Shown here: positions 45,170-58,125 of the stretch, one piece after another
How positions within the stretch are numbered: position 1 is the first letter of the stretch
Layout: every line of letters begins with the position of its first letter
Assembly: GCF_009914755.1 (NCBI RefSeq)
Contig: NC_060929.1
Length of the DNA: 64,000 nucleotides
DNA from: the human T2T-CHM13v2.0 reference genome, Homo sapiens
Direction: 5' to 3' (one strand)
The notes under the pieces: model-generated
Seen by the model: the letters and a program-made list of their open reading frames with translations, nothing else
The model's database searches: none
What the model was told of the DNA's origin: nothing
Program-made: the position numbers and the translations under genes

Positions 45170-45600
45170 ACAACATTCTGTCCCTGCCCTCCAAAAACTC
45201 ATGTCCTTATCACATACAAATACATTCATTCCAACCCTCTAATTCCAAAGTCTTAACTGGTTTCAGCATCAACTCAGTAGTCCAAAATCCAGAGTCTCAT
45301 CTGTGAACCTGTAAAATCAAAATAAGGTAACAACTTCTAAGATACAATGGTGATACGGCATAAGACAGACATTCCTATTCCAAAAGTGAGAAAGAGCACC
45401 CTTCCATGCTCCCTTTCCCAACAAAAGTAACAGGCTCCAAGTAAGACCAAAACTCAGCAGGCAGACATTAAATTTTAAAGCTAGAGAATAATCTCTTTTG
45501 ACTCCATGTGCCACCTCCTGGACACACTGGGCTAGGATTGAGCCCTCAAGGCCTCAGGCAATTCCACCCCTATGATTTTGCTTGGTGCAGCCCACATGAC
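45170..45600 (-). mobile_element. MaLR internal (MST/MLT-int-like) fragment
   Basis: ccaaagtcttaactggtttcagcatcaactc...caacttctaagatacaatggtgatacggcataag...ataatctcttttgactccatgt. Confidence 0.7.
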
Positions 45601-46140
45601 AGGGGTTTGTGGAGGTATGGGGGAAAGCCAGGAGAAAACAGCCTAGGAAACAAGAAGTGAAATAGTGAACACATGAAGATAAGCTTCACCAGTTCTTCCA
45701 TTTCACTTTGGGTAAGCCCCAGCCCAGGTACCTATATTCCAACTGCCCAAATCCCTGATCTGTGGCAATCTTCCACCAAAGATTTCTTCTCTGACTCGTG
45801 GTCTCCATGTCAGTGTGATGAGCTTCTTCTCTGTGCTCAGACATTAGGCATGTCTTATTCCAAGATACATGTTGCATTCTAATCAGAGAATTTATGGAGA
45901 TACTGTGTCCAAAAGAAATAACTGCATTGGTGGAAAATATGGTACAGAGCTGTGAATGTGAGTTGAAGGATTCTTGATGGACAACCAATCAGGGCTATTT
46001 CTGGGATCCTTCACTTTGGAATTTTATGTTACTTTAGGAAATAGAAATATAGGAGCTAAAGGGTGAGTCCAAGAAACTTCCATTGGAGGGAGAAATATGT
46101 AGTCAACACTTACAGCCAAAATCCTTGAGATTGAAATGTA

Positions 46141-46185
46141 TTAGGTTGGTGGAAAAGTAATTGCGGTTTTGCCATTACTTTCAAT
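46141..46185. mobile_element. Half of a MADE1 (Hsmar1-derived MITE)
   Basis: TA then ttaggttggtggaaaagtaattgcggttttgccattactttcaat = one TIR plus centre of MADE1; second arm absent. Confidence 0.85.
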
Positions 46186-46259
46186 ATTTGGCAGGATGTT
46201 TCTTATTTGGGGCCTGAATTTTGTGCAAAGTTAAATTAGGACATTCAGGAAAATTGTGG

Positions 46260-46351
46260 GATTGTTCTAGAATGGGCGACGTCCTAGTCTCTCTTGCAAC
46301 TGGAATCCCAGTTGCAAGAGAGACTAGGACGTCGCCCATTCTAGAACAATC
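46260..46351. repeat. Perfect inverted repeat, 44-bp arms, 4-nt spacer
   Basis: 46260-46303 gattgttctagaatgggcgacgtcctagtctctcttgcaactgg is the exact reverse complement of 46308-46351; spacer aatc. Confidence 0.98.
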
Positions 46352-46412
46352 TTGGCATCCTAAGGAAAGAAAAGTTTGATTCTCAGGAGAGGTACAAGTT
46401 CCATCACACTAA

Positions 46413-46902
46413 TGTGTCAACCTTACATAATGACATTTAGAAAACATGATTAGGTATAGAGTTTATTCAAGTGCAAAACTTGAGGATGACCACCCAGAAA
46501 ACACTGACTCCAAACAAATGGGGTCAGTGTTCTGAAATGGAGAAGTTAAGATTTCACTTAAAAGGTAGGAACAGAGAAGTTTTAGCAGTATTACAACATT
46601 TGCCATACAAGGCCAGTGTATACATTACAGCGATTTGATTGTTTACAGATTGCTACATCCCCAGGAAGATTACTTTGTTACTGCTTAAGAAGGGGCTAGG
46701 ACCTGAGGGAGTCTTATCTCTGGCACCTCTTGGTCTTCCTAATTATCACAGAAGAATAAGGAAGGAGGTTAATCTATAATCAGAGAAGCATAAATTGTAG
46801 CTGCATGCTACTTGACTGCATGCTGTGTAACTCACATTCCTCTCAAGGCTCAGAGTAAGTTAAAGTTTCAACAGCTCTAAGTTTGAATCATTTAATTTTA
46901 CA
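46413..46902 (-). mobile_element. ERV1-class solo LTR (MER34/MER39-like)
   Basis: tgtgtcaacc...agagtttattcaagtgcaaaacttgaggatgaccaccc...tttaattttaca; subfamily uncertain. Confidence 0.55.
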
Positions 46903-47393
46903 TATGTCTTCTCCTAAACCATGCTTCAACATGGGCTTTTTTCTTGAATCTAAGAGTCTTGGCAGCAGAGAAAGCCAGATCAGGAAAGAAGGTATGGCAA
47001 TAGCCAAAAATTAGAAGCAAGTGTTATTTGGGAGCTGAAGTCCCATAGCCATTGGATTCGAAGTGGAGGCTGTGGTGCTAGAGAAATAGTGTGTATCTGT
47101 GGGAGTGACTATTTTTAACACCCACACTTGTGTGGTCTGAGGTAATAAGGAATATATAAAGTGAAAATCCCCTACCCCTCAGACTGCCTGCTCTTACTTG
47201 CATTTTATCCATGTAAGAAGCAGAGAGAAGGGGTGACCACACATGCATCCATTCATGGTGGGTCTCGAGCCAGAGTGCATTCTAGGACAAACCCTGGGAT
47301 TTTAGCACCTCACAAACCACATCAACTCCCTCTTGAAGTCTGAGGCAGGGAAACGTGTAATTGAAGAGATGAGCTTTTAATTTCTCCTAATGA

Positions 47394-47748
<355 letters not shown>

Positions 47749-48169
47749 TCGGAGTAAGGAATCTTGATTCAACTCCTCATGGGCCATTAGGAAAGCTGGG
47801 TGCGCTCTTGCAAACGGTGCCTGCATTTCCTTAATCCTTAGTATCCCCCTTAGGAAAACAAAAGGGAAAGGCCGAATTAAATGAACTCCTTGGTTTCATC
47901 CAGCTCCAGGAATCCCAGATTCTCAATGATCTTAAACTGATCTAAGAGAGAGCCCACCGTCCTTTCAGGATGGGCTTAAGAAGGGTCTTGGGGAGCTCCC
48001 TCCTTTCCCTTGATATATTTTCTCTTTTATCTTCTATTCCTTTGGGGGTAAAAGTAAAAGAAATAAAAATAGGGGCACAAAATGCAAAACTAACTGCCCC
48101 ACTTATCCTTCAAAACCTTTCCAGGAGCTTGAATGAAAGATAAAAGGGCTTCCAAAGACCCAATTGTCC

Positions 48170-48830
48170 AGGGGTCCTCTCGTCGCCCCAGTCAGTTCTC
48201 CGGATTTCCTTTGGACGAAAACAACCCCAATTTGCTGTGACACGCCCAGGAGCACGTTTCCTCGGTCTTTAAGAGCCTGAAAATGCTTGCTACAATTTCT
48301 ATTGACAGATACCGTGCACCCCCTTAGAAGAAACGAATGAGCAACGAAACGTCTATCCAGCACTGAGGAAGGAGGCCCGGGGCGAACGTATTGGACTGGG
48401 AAATTAAATGCTGGCTCCAGCCTTGCGCGACGCAGCGCACGTCCAGAGCTGGAGAGAAGAAAGGAAACTTCCGTTTTCTCCAGAACTGTCTTTTCCACCC
48501 TTGGTTAGAGGCCCTTCTTGGCTCCACGGCCCCTGCCAGCCTCTCTCTTCCTTTTCCAGCCCGAGACACCAGCCCAGCGTGGAAAACTACCTGGATGACC
48601 CTCTGACAGAACTGCCAGTGCCCATGCGCGGTGCCTGGAACATGCTTGTCTCTGCATTTTCCCGCCAAGCACTCACCCAGTGTCGATGCTGTCAGGATTT
48701 TGGCAGCCTCTGAGAGCAGAATCCCAAAGAGAAGGAAGCCCACTAGGAGCAGAGCCCAGCTGCCCAGCCATGCGCACTCCTGCAGAAGCCCCAGAACCCA
48801 GCCCTTAGGCTGTGTGCTCTGCACACGCTT
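48170..48830. promoter_or_regulatory. CpG-enriched non-repetitive island-like segment (orphan promoter/enhancer candidate)
   Basis: Dense CpGs (ttgcgcgacgcagcgcacg, gcccggggcgaacg, catgcgcggtgc, catgcgcac) in otherwise CpG-poor DNA. Confidence 0.45.
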
Positions 48831-49274
48831 AAGGGACCCTGTGCACCAAAGGCACTGTCTATAGGCTTGAGAAGAGGTAGGAGAGGAGAGCCTGTCTATC
48901 TTCTCTTCTGTCTGTTCCCTCTCACCCTCTGCCCCTTCTTACTCAATTCATGATCAGTTAGATACCCTATTCTCACTCTCCCAAACCAACGGCAGTGGAA
49001 AGGGGGGATTGGTGAACTGAACCCTGAACCCTGCCCTAACCATGTAAGCACCACTCTCCCCTCCTGGAAATCAGTATGAACCAAGAACACTAGGGACCCT
49101 AAGAAATCACGTGGATGACAGCTGCAGCTTGAGGTGACGAGAACCCATCTCCCTTTTATGGATCCTTCCTTGACCTTATGGTGCCACACTTCCTTTCTTA
49201 TTCTGATGACCTTGTCAAACCCAAATAGCTTACATTGAGAGACGCTCTCTCTAAAAGAAACCTTTTGGAGACCT

Positions 49275-49653
49275 TCTTTAAAAGAAATGGTCATTCCAGT
49301 GGGAATACACATGGGCATATTCAGGGAGATAAAGGAAGACAATAAGGCTTTTTAAATGAAAAATGAAGAGGGTTACACAGGTCATTTTTAGACAATTATC
49401 CTTGGCTAGAAGGATCAATAACAAGGGTGACATCAGTCCAAGGTAGGATAGGCAGTTGCTGGACAGATATCCTCACAGAAGTATTCTTTTGTGTAAGGGT
49501 GCAGTGGCCTAACCAAGGTTGTAGTTTTTACAGTCTTACGTAATAGTTCTTGTTATTAGGGATACTGTGTGAGAACCTCCCTTCACCGCCTTCCCTGGCT
49601 CCACTGATCAGGGTTTTAACACAGGTAACTCCATTTTGATTCTGACAACTTTC
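49275..49653 (-). mobile_element. ERV1-class solo LTR (MER67-like)
   Basis: ggcagttgctggacagatatcctcacagaagta...actccattttgattctgacaactttc; subfamily uncertain. Confidence 0.55.
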
Positions 49654-50121
49654 GTAACCTTATACTGACATCCCTATGCTTCATTTCCCCGGATACCTGC
49701 ATAAAATTTCTAGCTAGTGTCGCAAGCTCAAGAACTCTGGAAGCCAATCCCCAAAAGATAATGATCTACAAAGGGGAAATGGCCTACGATTATTACTCAG
49801 GCAGCCTCCTTAGAAGATATCATATCCATAAAATGATTCTAGTGTCCAAACGGGTTAAGCCCCCTTGTATTTTCATTTCTTCATTGAAAGCATAAGTCTC
49901 TAAAGTTTACATTATAATCCTGAATAAGTATAAAATAGAATTGGTGCTTTTTCCACAGTCTTCTCAGGGACAATTTGAAGACAGCCTACAATTTTACCCC
50001 CTTGAAATGTCAGCCCTGGCAAGGGGTGGGCACACTACTCCCAAATATCATCTTTGCATTCCCCATCCTCAATATAATGCTGCCTTTAATAAAGGATTTC
50101 AGTGCAATTCTCAAACAGGCA

Positions 50122-50261
50122 GAGCCAGGCACCATAGCATGCACCTGTCATCCCAGCTACTCAGGAAGCTGAAGCATGAGGATGGCTGGAGCCCAGGAGT
50201 TTGAGGCCAGCCTAAGCAACATATTGAGATCCTGTATCTAAAAAACAAACAAACAACAAAA
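50122..50261 (+). mobile_element. FLAM (Alu monomer)
   Basis: gccaggcaccatagcatgcacctgtcatcccagctactcagg...gcccaggagtttgaggccagcc plus A-rich tail. Confidence 0.85.
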
Positions 50262-51028
50262 TGACAGAGAAAGTCCTTCAATGCCTACACGATAAAGTGG
50301 GCCCTTGAATTCTGCTTTGCACTATTACATATCTTCTGTCTATAAGCCTTTTTTTTTAAAAAAAATCTGAATTTAAAGTATTGCATCCTTAGACATTTCT
50401 GCAACACAACCATGTCCATTGGTCACTGAGGAGCTGGTGCAGAGGGCAGGGGTAGGTCTTTACCAGGCATCACAAGGCTCCAGCCCATTTAGTATTTTTG
50501 GACCTCCAATAATGCATTAGCAAACAGAGAATTTGTTTTCTCATCCTAAACTTATTCTTTAACTCAACAAGCATACTAATAGGTAATCATCTGTGAGGCA
50601 CTGTTTAGTTGCTGCACGGAGTGCATTGAACAACAAAGACAAAACACCTGCCTCCCAGAACTTACATCCTTGTGGGGGAGTCAAATGATAACAAAATAAA
50701 TAAATCAAATATGTGGTGTGTTGGTGATAAATAACATGGAAGGACACATGAAGGGTGGGGTATCAGGGTGATTCAACTGAACTCTTAAAAATCTCATATC
50801 CCTGTCAGAGAGTTCTGAACAATGAGTATTTGATATTAAGAGGTTACTGTTGATTTAAGGATGTGTTATAATGTTACTGTGGTATGGAAAAAGAGAGACT
50901 CTCAGAGATACATTCTAAAATATTTACCGATGAAATGCTATGATATCTGGAATTTGCTTCAAAATTCTTTGGGTGACAAGGAATGGAAAATGAGTGGGGG
51001 CACTGAAAGTATAAAGAAAGTTGGCCAA

Positions 51029-51415
51029 CGTAGTAGTCCATTCTCACACTGCTATAAAGAACTACCTGAGACCGGGTGATTTAGAAAGAAAAGAAGTTTA
51101 ATTGACTCATGGTTCCACAGGCTATTACAGGAAGCATGGCTGGGGGTGCTAAGGAAACTTACAATCATGGTGGAAGGTGAAGGGAAAGCAGGCATGTCTC
51201 ACAGGGCTAGAGCATGGAGAGAGAAAGAGTGAAGGGGGAAGTGCTACACACTTTCAAACAACCAGATCTCATGTGAACTCATTCACTGTCATGAGAATAG
51301 CAAGGGTGAAATCAGCCCCCATGATTCAATCACCTCCCACCAGGTCCCTTCTCCAAAATTGGGGATTACAATGCAACATGAGATTTGAGTGGGGACACAG
51401 AGCCAAACTGTATCA
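51029..51415 (-). mobile_element. MSTA/THE1-like MaLR solo LTR
   Basis: tagtccattctcacactgctataaagaactacctgagac...ggggacacagagccaaactgtatca; near 5-bp TSD gccaa/gccag. Confidence 0.88.
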
Positions 51416-51437
51416 GCCAGGAGTTGGTAATCATTGA

Positions 51438-51780
<343 letters not shown>

Positions 51781-51949
51781 CAAGTACTGCATTTATAAAT
51801 ATTAGAAATTTTTCACTGTAAAGCTTTTAAAACTCTCTTCACATTATTCAATTTTTTTCTTGTAGTTCTCTGCATTTTTGTGCTATACTCTTTGAAGCCA
51901 TGGCATTACATGCATACATGTTGACAATTATTATATTTCAGATATTGTA

Positions 51950-54180
51950 GCCTCCCAGTCAAACAATCTTCATGACGAAGGTACCATTTAGCATGGATAT
52001 AATAACATTATCTTATCTATAGACCTTATTCAAATTTAGCCAATTGTCCCAATAACATCCAATGTGGTATGTGGTAATATTATTTTTCTGGTGCAAAATT
52101 TAATCCAGGATTATTCAGGGCATTTGGTTATCCTGAAGATTTCATCCCTTCAGTAAAGACTGATTTCTCAGCCTTTCTTTGTCTTTCATGTCACTGACAT
52201 TTTGAAGTATACAGGCCATTTATTTTGTAGAATGGTTCTCAGTTTGGATTTGTCTGATGATTTTTCATTACACTTTGTGTTGTGTAGTTTTGCTGAAAAT
52301 GCTACAAAGGTACATCATCTCTATCTCAGTGAATCACAGTAGAAGGCACATGACCTGAGATGGTCCCATTATTCGCGATACTGAATTTGATCATTTGGCT
52401 AAGGTCATGTCCACCAAAATTCTCAACCGTAAAGTTACTATTTTCCACCTATAATTAGTAATTAATTTGAAACTGTATAAGCATCCTATTCCTTATCAAA
52501 CTTCCACTCACATTTTATCATCCTTTAGGATTCTTCTCTGAATCAATTATCAAGATGACGGTGACAAATTAATGCTTTTTAAACTCTAACATCCCTTCTA
52601 TGTTTTATATCACATTTTGTTTTAACATTTGTCTTCAGTCCTATCTATCTATCTATGTAATCTATTTAATTATCAGTATTATCTCTTGAATTCTTATTTA
52701 TTCAGTAAGATATAAACTATTACTGTCATTGTTCATAGTGTTGCTCCTGTGGAAGCTCCATTATTTTGGAGCTTTTTATTTCTTTCTTGCACATGATGCT
52801 CTAGGCTTATCTTGCACTTTCCCTGTCCCAATTTTAGAACCTACAATTTCCTAAGGAAACCTTTTAGTGAGGAGTGATATTCAGAAACAGGGTATGTTGC
52901 CTAGGTGTGTTCATTGCTAATGAAGTGCCACTGTTTGTAATTCCTCTTCCATAGACAGAGCTAAGAAACATAAATATATAAATGTGGGTATAAAGAATAC
53001 ATACCTATATTTCTCCCTATACCTATATTTATATTTGTATTATGAAAAATTATAAATTTATACTGATAACTCTAATTCCAATACAACACTACAGGGGTTA
53101 TTCTAATCTTCCCCTTCCTCACATTTCTAATTCCTTTTTCCAAAATAAGAAACCTGAATCTCACTGTCATTGATGCATTTACTCAATCTTAGCAAGTACA
53201 GAAATTAGGTTCAGATACACTAATTTGCCAACTGAGAATAACACAATTACTCAATAGACTACAAGATTCGTTTGGAGTTCTTTTTTTTTTCTGTTGATTG
53301 ATTGTATACAGTATATAGTAAAAGTACTGTGTTTAAAAGGTAATGATGCTAATTTTTTTCACTACAGTATAGTTACATTTTCATTTGGAAAAAATTGATT
53401 TCATTTGTTTCCGTTTGTATTTCAGTTCTTGGCTTTTCTCTCCTTGTTTATTTAAACATATACTTGGTATGCAAAATATTAACGTTTCCAAAATCCAAAC
53501 TATGTAAAAACATAAACACATGGATCCTTCCACCCTATTCAAACACCACCCTCATAGATAATCTATCACACTCTGGTTTATTCCCTCTGCACTGTTTTTG
53601 CAAGGCAATGCACATAGATATGTATTTTTTTCATTATCCCCCATACACATACTTTCCTTTTTCTTATAAAAAAAAGGATACATCCTATAGTTACTCTTAC
53701 TCTTTGCTATTTTTTACTTAACCATATTGGAATTTGCTCCATATTAGCTTATTCTGCTTTTGTTTATTGTAGTTTAAAGCTGAATATTATTTCAGTATGT
53801 ATATGTATCATAGGTTCTTTCTTCAATTTTAATAGTTCTTAGTTTATCAGAAATATTAGGTCTATGTGTAAGATATATGCTGCAGCTATGTTTCTCCAAC
53901 TTTTTAATTTGGATCGCTAATCTTCTTACCATGATTTTTGCCATGCCAAAGTTTTTTGTGTCAAATTAATTTACACTTCTCTTGTTGTATCAGGATTTTT
54001 TCTTCCTATTTAGAAAGTCTCTCCCTATACACAGGCTATGGAAAAATTCACTTTTTCTCTTAGACTCAGCATGGTATCATTTTTTGTACCTAGATATCTG
54101 GTGTATTGGAATTCAGTTTTTGATATAGTGTGAAGTCTGGATCAAATATTGCCTTTTTTCTCAATATTATCCAGTTGTCC
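51950..54180 (-). mobile_element. Old L1MC/L1ME fragments
   Basis: cagaccttattcaaatttagccaattgtcccaataa, ggccatttattttgtagaatg, tttgatcatttggctaagg; boundaries approximate. Confidence 0.6.
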
Positions 54181-55362
54181 TAGCAGTATTTGTTCCAGGC
54201 ACTATGCCAGGTTCTATAACAAGATAAATAGGAACCAGTCCCTGTCTTTATGACCTTATGGTTTCTAAATAGGAAACAGATATTGTAATAAATAATTGCG
54301 ATATAGTAAGAAAAATGCTTCAAAAGAGAATGCAGTGAGCTCCATTTCAGGTGTAGTGGTCAGGCACAGGCTTACCAATGTGAACACAATGACACTGGAT
54401 ACTGACAGATAAGCAGAAGTTTCTCATTCCAGCAAGAATAGGATGGTATTTCTGAGAGAAGGAAGGGCATAGACAAACCTCAGAGGTTAAAAACAGCAAA
54501 ATGTGTTCTGAGGGGGTGTAGCGAACATTTGGAAAAGAGTGGGAGGAGAACTGCTCCAGGTGTGCCTAGATTGGTAGCCAGGACCAAATCATAGAGCCCT
54601 TATATTCCACACAATGGGAACAAAGATTTTAAACAGTGAGGGATAACACCAGATTTCTAGGTTGTCAGAGCCATGCTTGCAGCCCTGTGGAGGGTGCTTG
54701 GACAGAGCAAGATTAGAAGCATCATTCTGGCTCATTGGCTGCTTATGATCAGATTTTAGGGATGCAAGTTTATACAAGTGGCATAAAGTTGACCTCAATG
54801 AATTACCAAGTGTTAGAGAAAGGCTATGTTCTGGGGTGAGGGGGGAGTTACTGGCCAGGGAGGCTTATCCCTAAGACCTTATGTTGCTCATGAGGGGAAT
54901 GAAATCATGGCTGTTGATTCAACAGAAAACACAGGGAAGCATCCATGTCTGCCCTTCATGGGAGTATGGCCATCAATCAATTCATGTGGTTTCATAAGAA
55001 TTACAGCAATAAAACCTTGTATTATACGCACACAGATACACACACTCTAATGTACTTCTGCGTGCTTCATGCTTCTGGCTCTTGTGTCATGAGAACTCAC
55101 AAAATGGATAGACATCCAGCACTCAGCTCTGCAGACTCGCAAGCAAATCCTTTCATGGAATTGGCAAAGTTTTTGGTGGGGGGCATTCTCTATTTCTGCA
55201 GGAGCATTTGTAACAGTTTCATCTTTTGATCTGAATTGTTTCAAGATCTGTTTCACAATTCTAGAATTAAACAATCTAAAACTATGGTTCATCCAGGGCC
55301 TCTCCATATGCCTGTTTTCTACTCTGTGTTTTTAACTCATCAGACACCATGCATTTGACAGT

Positions 55363-55389
55363 TTTATTACAGTGGAATTTCATTTTATT
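55363..55389 (-). terminator. UGT3A1: UGT3A1 polyadenylation signals (two AATAAA)
   Basis: tttatt at 55384-55389 and 55363-55368, about 1.1 kb downstream of the stop codon. Confidence 0.65.
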
Positions 55390-56462
55390 TCAGAACTCTA
55401 AAGCAAATAAAAAGGTACAATCATTTGAAGGTAAAATATTTCATGAACACCAGCTATCAGAGAGGTAGTTTGGTGTTACACTAAGGAAGATAAAAAAGAA
55501 AAGATATGGGCTATTGATGACATGATGGAGCAACCAACCACAACAGCCCTGAATGGGCTACCTTCGGGCTTTATCAAGAAAGATGAAACAAATGAACAAA
55601 AACTCTGGGGGTGTTTACGCCATGGTTTTTCTTGCTTCTGTTCCTAGCAGATTAAGGTAATCTCTAAGGTTTTACCATATAGAAGGGTATTAACTGCCAT
55701 GTAGGGGATGGAAGATGGACTTTTTCTAAAATCAACAAAGTCTTTAAAACTACCTTAGCCACTGGTACCTGAAGCCACAAAGCCTTACACATGGATTTCC
55801 ACTTCACTACTTGAGGTTCCCTGTACTCCATTTATAAGACGGGAATCTTAAGAAGACAACTGTAAAAACTGAAATAAAGCAGTATCATCTGTGACCAACT
55901 GCAGGCTCCATGTCTGACCAGCAAAGGAGGTGCTCTCTAAGGAAGGGGTCTCAGGCAGTGAGCAAAGGTCTTGGCAGGGGTTCTCCTTCCCTAAATGCAG
56001 GAGAGCAGACCAGGTTTCCTGAGCTTTGAGGAGAGCTTATAGGAAGGGCAAGATATCTGCATAAAATGGAAGAATTTGAAATGGAAGATATGTCAAATAT
56101 TTCCTGAGTTTTTTTATGAAAAGTGATAGAAGGAGAAATGGGGACTGGAAACTGGGAAGTCATCTAAACAAGGAGGATGAAGTTGTCAGAGTCCTGTGTC
56201 TAGGAAAAGGGAGAAAGGAGGAGGCAGGGCTGGCAGGTGAAAATTTGTATCTGAGCTGGGGTTTCAAGTCACAAGGGGCAAGTCAAGAAGCCTCAGTGGT
56301 GCGTGAAGATTTCTAAACAGAGGCAGAGAATAGAAAGAAGCAAGTTGCAAGATCAGTGGCAGGTGGAGCTGAAGAGAGAACAGAGGGGTGGCGTGTGCTG
56401 GGGTGGGGAGAACCTTCAAAGGACCAGGGATGCCCTCCCCTCACCCAAGGCTACACCTAGCC

Positions 56463-56739
56463 TCATGTCTTCTTCACCTTCCTGGCCCCACGCAGCCACC
56501 TGGCCACCACACCCAGCAGCTTCCCACAAAGCCACATAGTGCCCAGAGTGAGCCCCAGCAGAAACACAAAGACATCAATGAGGTACTGCTCATGCCAAGG
56601 CTGCTGGAAGGCATAGGGCTTGAGGTGCGTCGCTCCCCCAGTCTGGAGGATGTGGTCGATCCAGCCCACCAGCCGCTGTGCGGGGCTCAGGGGCTGAGAG
56701 TGCAGGATGACACTGGCTGCCACCACTGCCGACTTGTAC
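56463..56739 (-). CDS. UGT3A1: UDP-glycosyltransferase 3A1, last coding exon (TM helix, dilysine ER motif, TGA)
   Basis: Acceptor ccaacag|G at 56740/56739; (R)YKSAVVAASVILHSQPLSPAQRLVGWIDHILQTGGATHLKP...YLIDVFVFLLGLTLGTMWLCGKLLGVVARWLRGARKVKKT*. Confidence 0.96.
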
Positions 56740-57905
56740 CTGTTGGCGGAGACAGAGAGGGTGTGTTACTGACGTAGCCTCACAAGTCTTACAGACTTTG
56801 TATTGCATGAGCACACACACAAGCATACAAACACTTTTCTAACACATGCACCAAGGCTGGGCTGCAAAGAAAATTTGTTGGCATGGCCTTGCCACGGTCT
56901 CACTGAATCCTCTTGAAAAGTTCAATAAAAACACCCACATACAAAGACCAATGATTAATTCTAAAAGTGTTAAACTGTAGGAAAGTGATTAAATCTCTAA
57001 GAACTAGTCCATATCCCTAGGATGCTTATGGTATACTAAAGGAAAAAATATATATGACCATATATGAGAGAATATGTACCTGATTCAGGGTTTGTGTTTC
57101 TGAAACCATAATAAGGTATTCAGTCCTTCTTGATTATAAGATCATTGGCTGGATGGGCAGTAACCAAGAAGGTCACTATGCCGCTTTTATTTCCTCACTT
57201 AACTGAAATTCATGGAAACTTATTTTGTGGCAGGCTCTGCAGTAAGCACTGGGAACAGAGTTGAAAAAAAGAGAGAGACATTGCTGTACTTATGAAGCTG
57301 ACTCTCTACTCTTTTGTGTTGGGGGCCAGACAATTAATAAAAACATAAATAAATGGAGTCATTACAAATCTTGAAAAGTGTTAGGAAGGAAATAGTATAT
57401 TATGATTAGGCTGAGTGGGAGAGGAGGCTAGTTAGGATTGTCAAAGACACAACCCTGTCTATGGAAGAAACATTGGAGAAGAGACCCAAATGTCATGAAG
57501 GAGCCAGTCCTGTGAAGAGAAGGGAAGGGTGTTCTAGGGAGCAGCACAGACGAAGAAGCCAGAGGTGAGAAGAGCAGGCACACTGGGGAAACACACAAAG
57601 AAACCCCCCGCTTCAGTTGGAATTCCACTAGAGGGACTCCCAAATATAAGATCAGTCAAAGAGATCATGTGTATATAATTTGTCGCCATCACAGGCTTAA
57701 GGTAGGAAAGTAATTCTCAGCATCTAACCTAAATTAGTCTTCCTAGAGACTTACCAGAGAAAACAGGTGGGCTGTTAGCATCACACACATGTTATTCCAT
57801 GTCACAGAAGTTTCAGCTATTATTGTGAAAAATACATACACAGTATCCCTTGTGTTTTCTATCTTCATTCAGCCTTAGTGACCACATGCTTAGAGAGCCA
57901 CATAC

Positions 57906-58125
57906 CTCTTGTCTTCTATGACTTGTTTCATTGTAAGTGTCAGTGTGTCGGCTGTGACCTGATTCAACCGGATAGAGACACCATAATTTTTGGCTACTAC
58001 TCGGACCATGTTTCCATGCTGGTCTCCATTGACTGGTAATCCCACCATGGGCACACCATGACGGATGGCCTCCATTACGCTGTTCTGCCCACCATGAGTG
58101 ACAAAAAGACGGATGCTGGGGTGAG
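57906..58125 (-). CDS. UGT3A1: UGT3A1 penultimate exon (UGT signature)
   Basis: Acceptor ccacag|CT, donor AG|gtatg; 220 nt; (A)HPSIRLFVTHGGQNSVMEAIRHGVPMVGLPVNGDQ...VIEDK(R); Asn in LPVNGDQ distinguishes 3A1 from 3A2. Confidence 0.96.

Noticed and set aside
45600-46000. Coding-looking unique segment, considered as a UGT3A exon relic or processed pseudogene
   Set aside because: Manual translation gave no UGT or other recognisable motif and several stops; needs BLASTx to say more.
46141-46185. miR-548-family precursor
   Set aside because: Only one MADE1 arm is present, so the hairpin cannot form.
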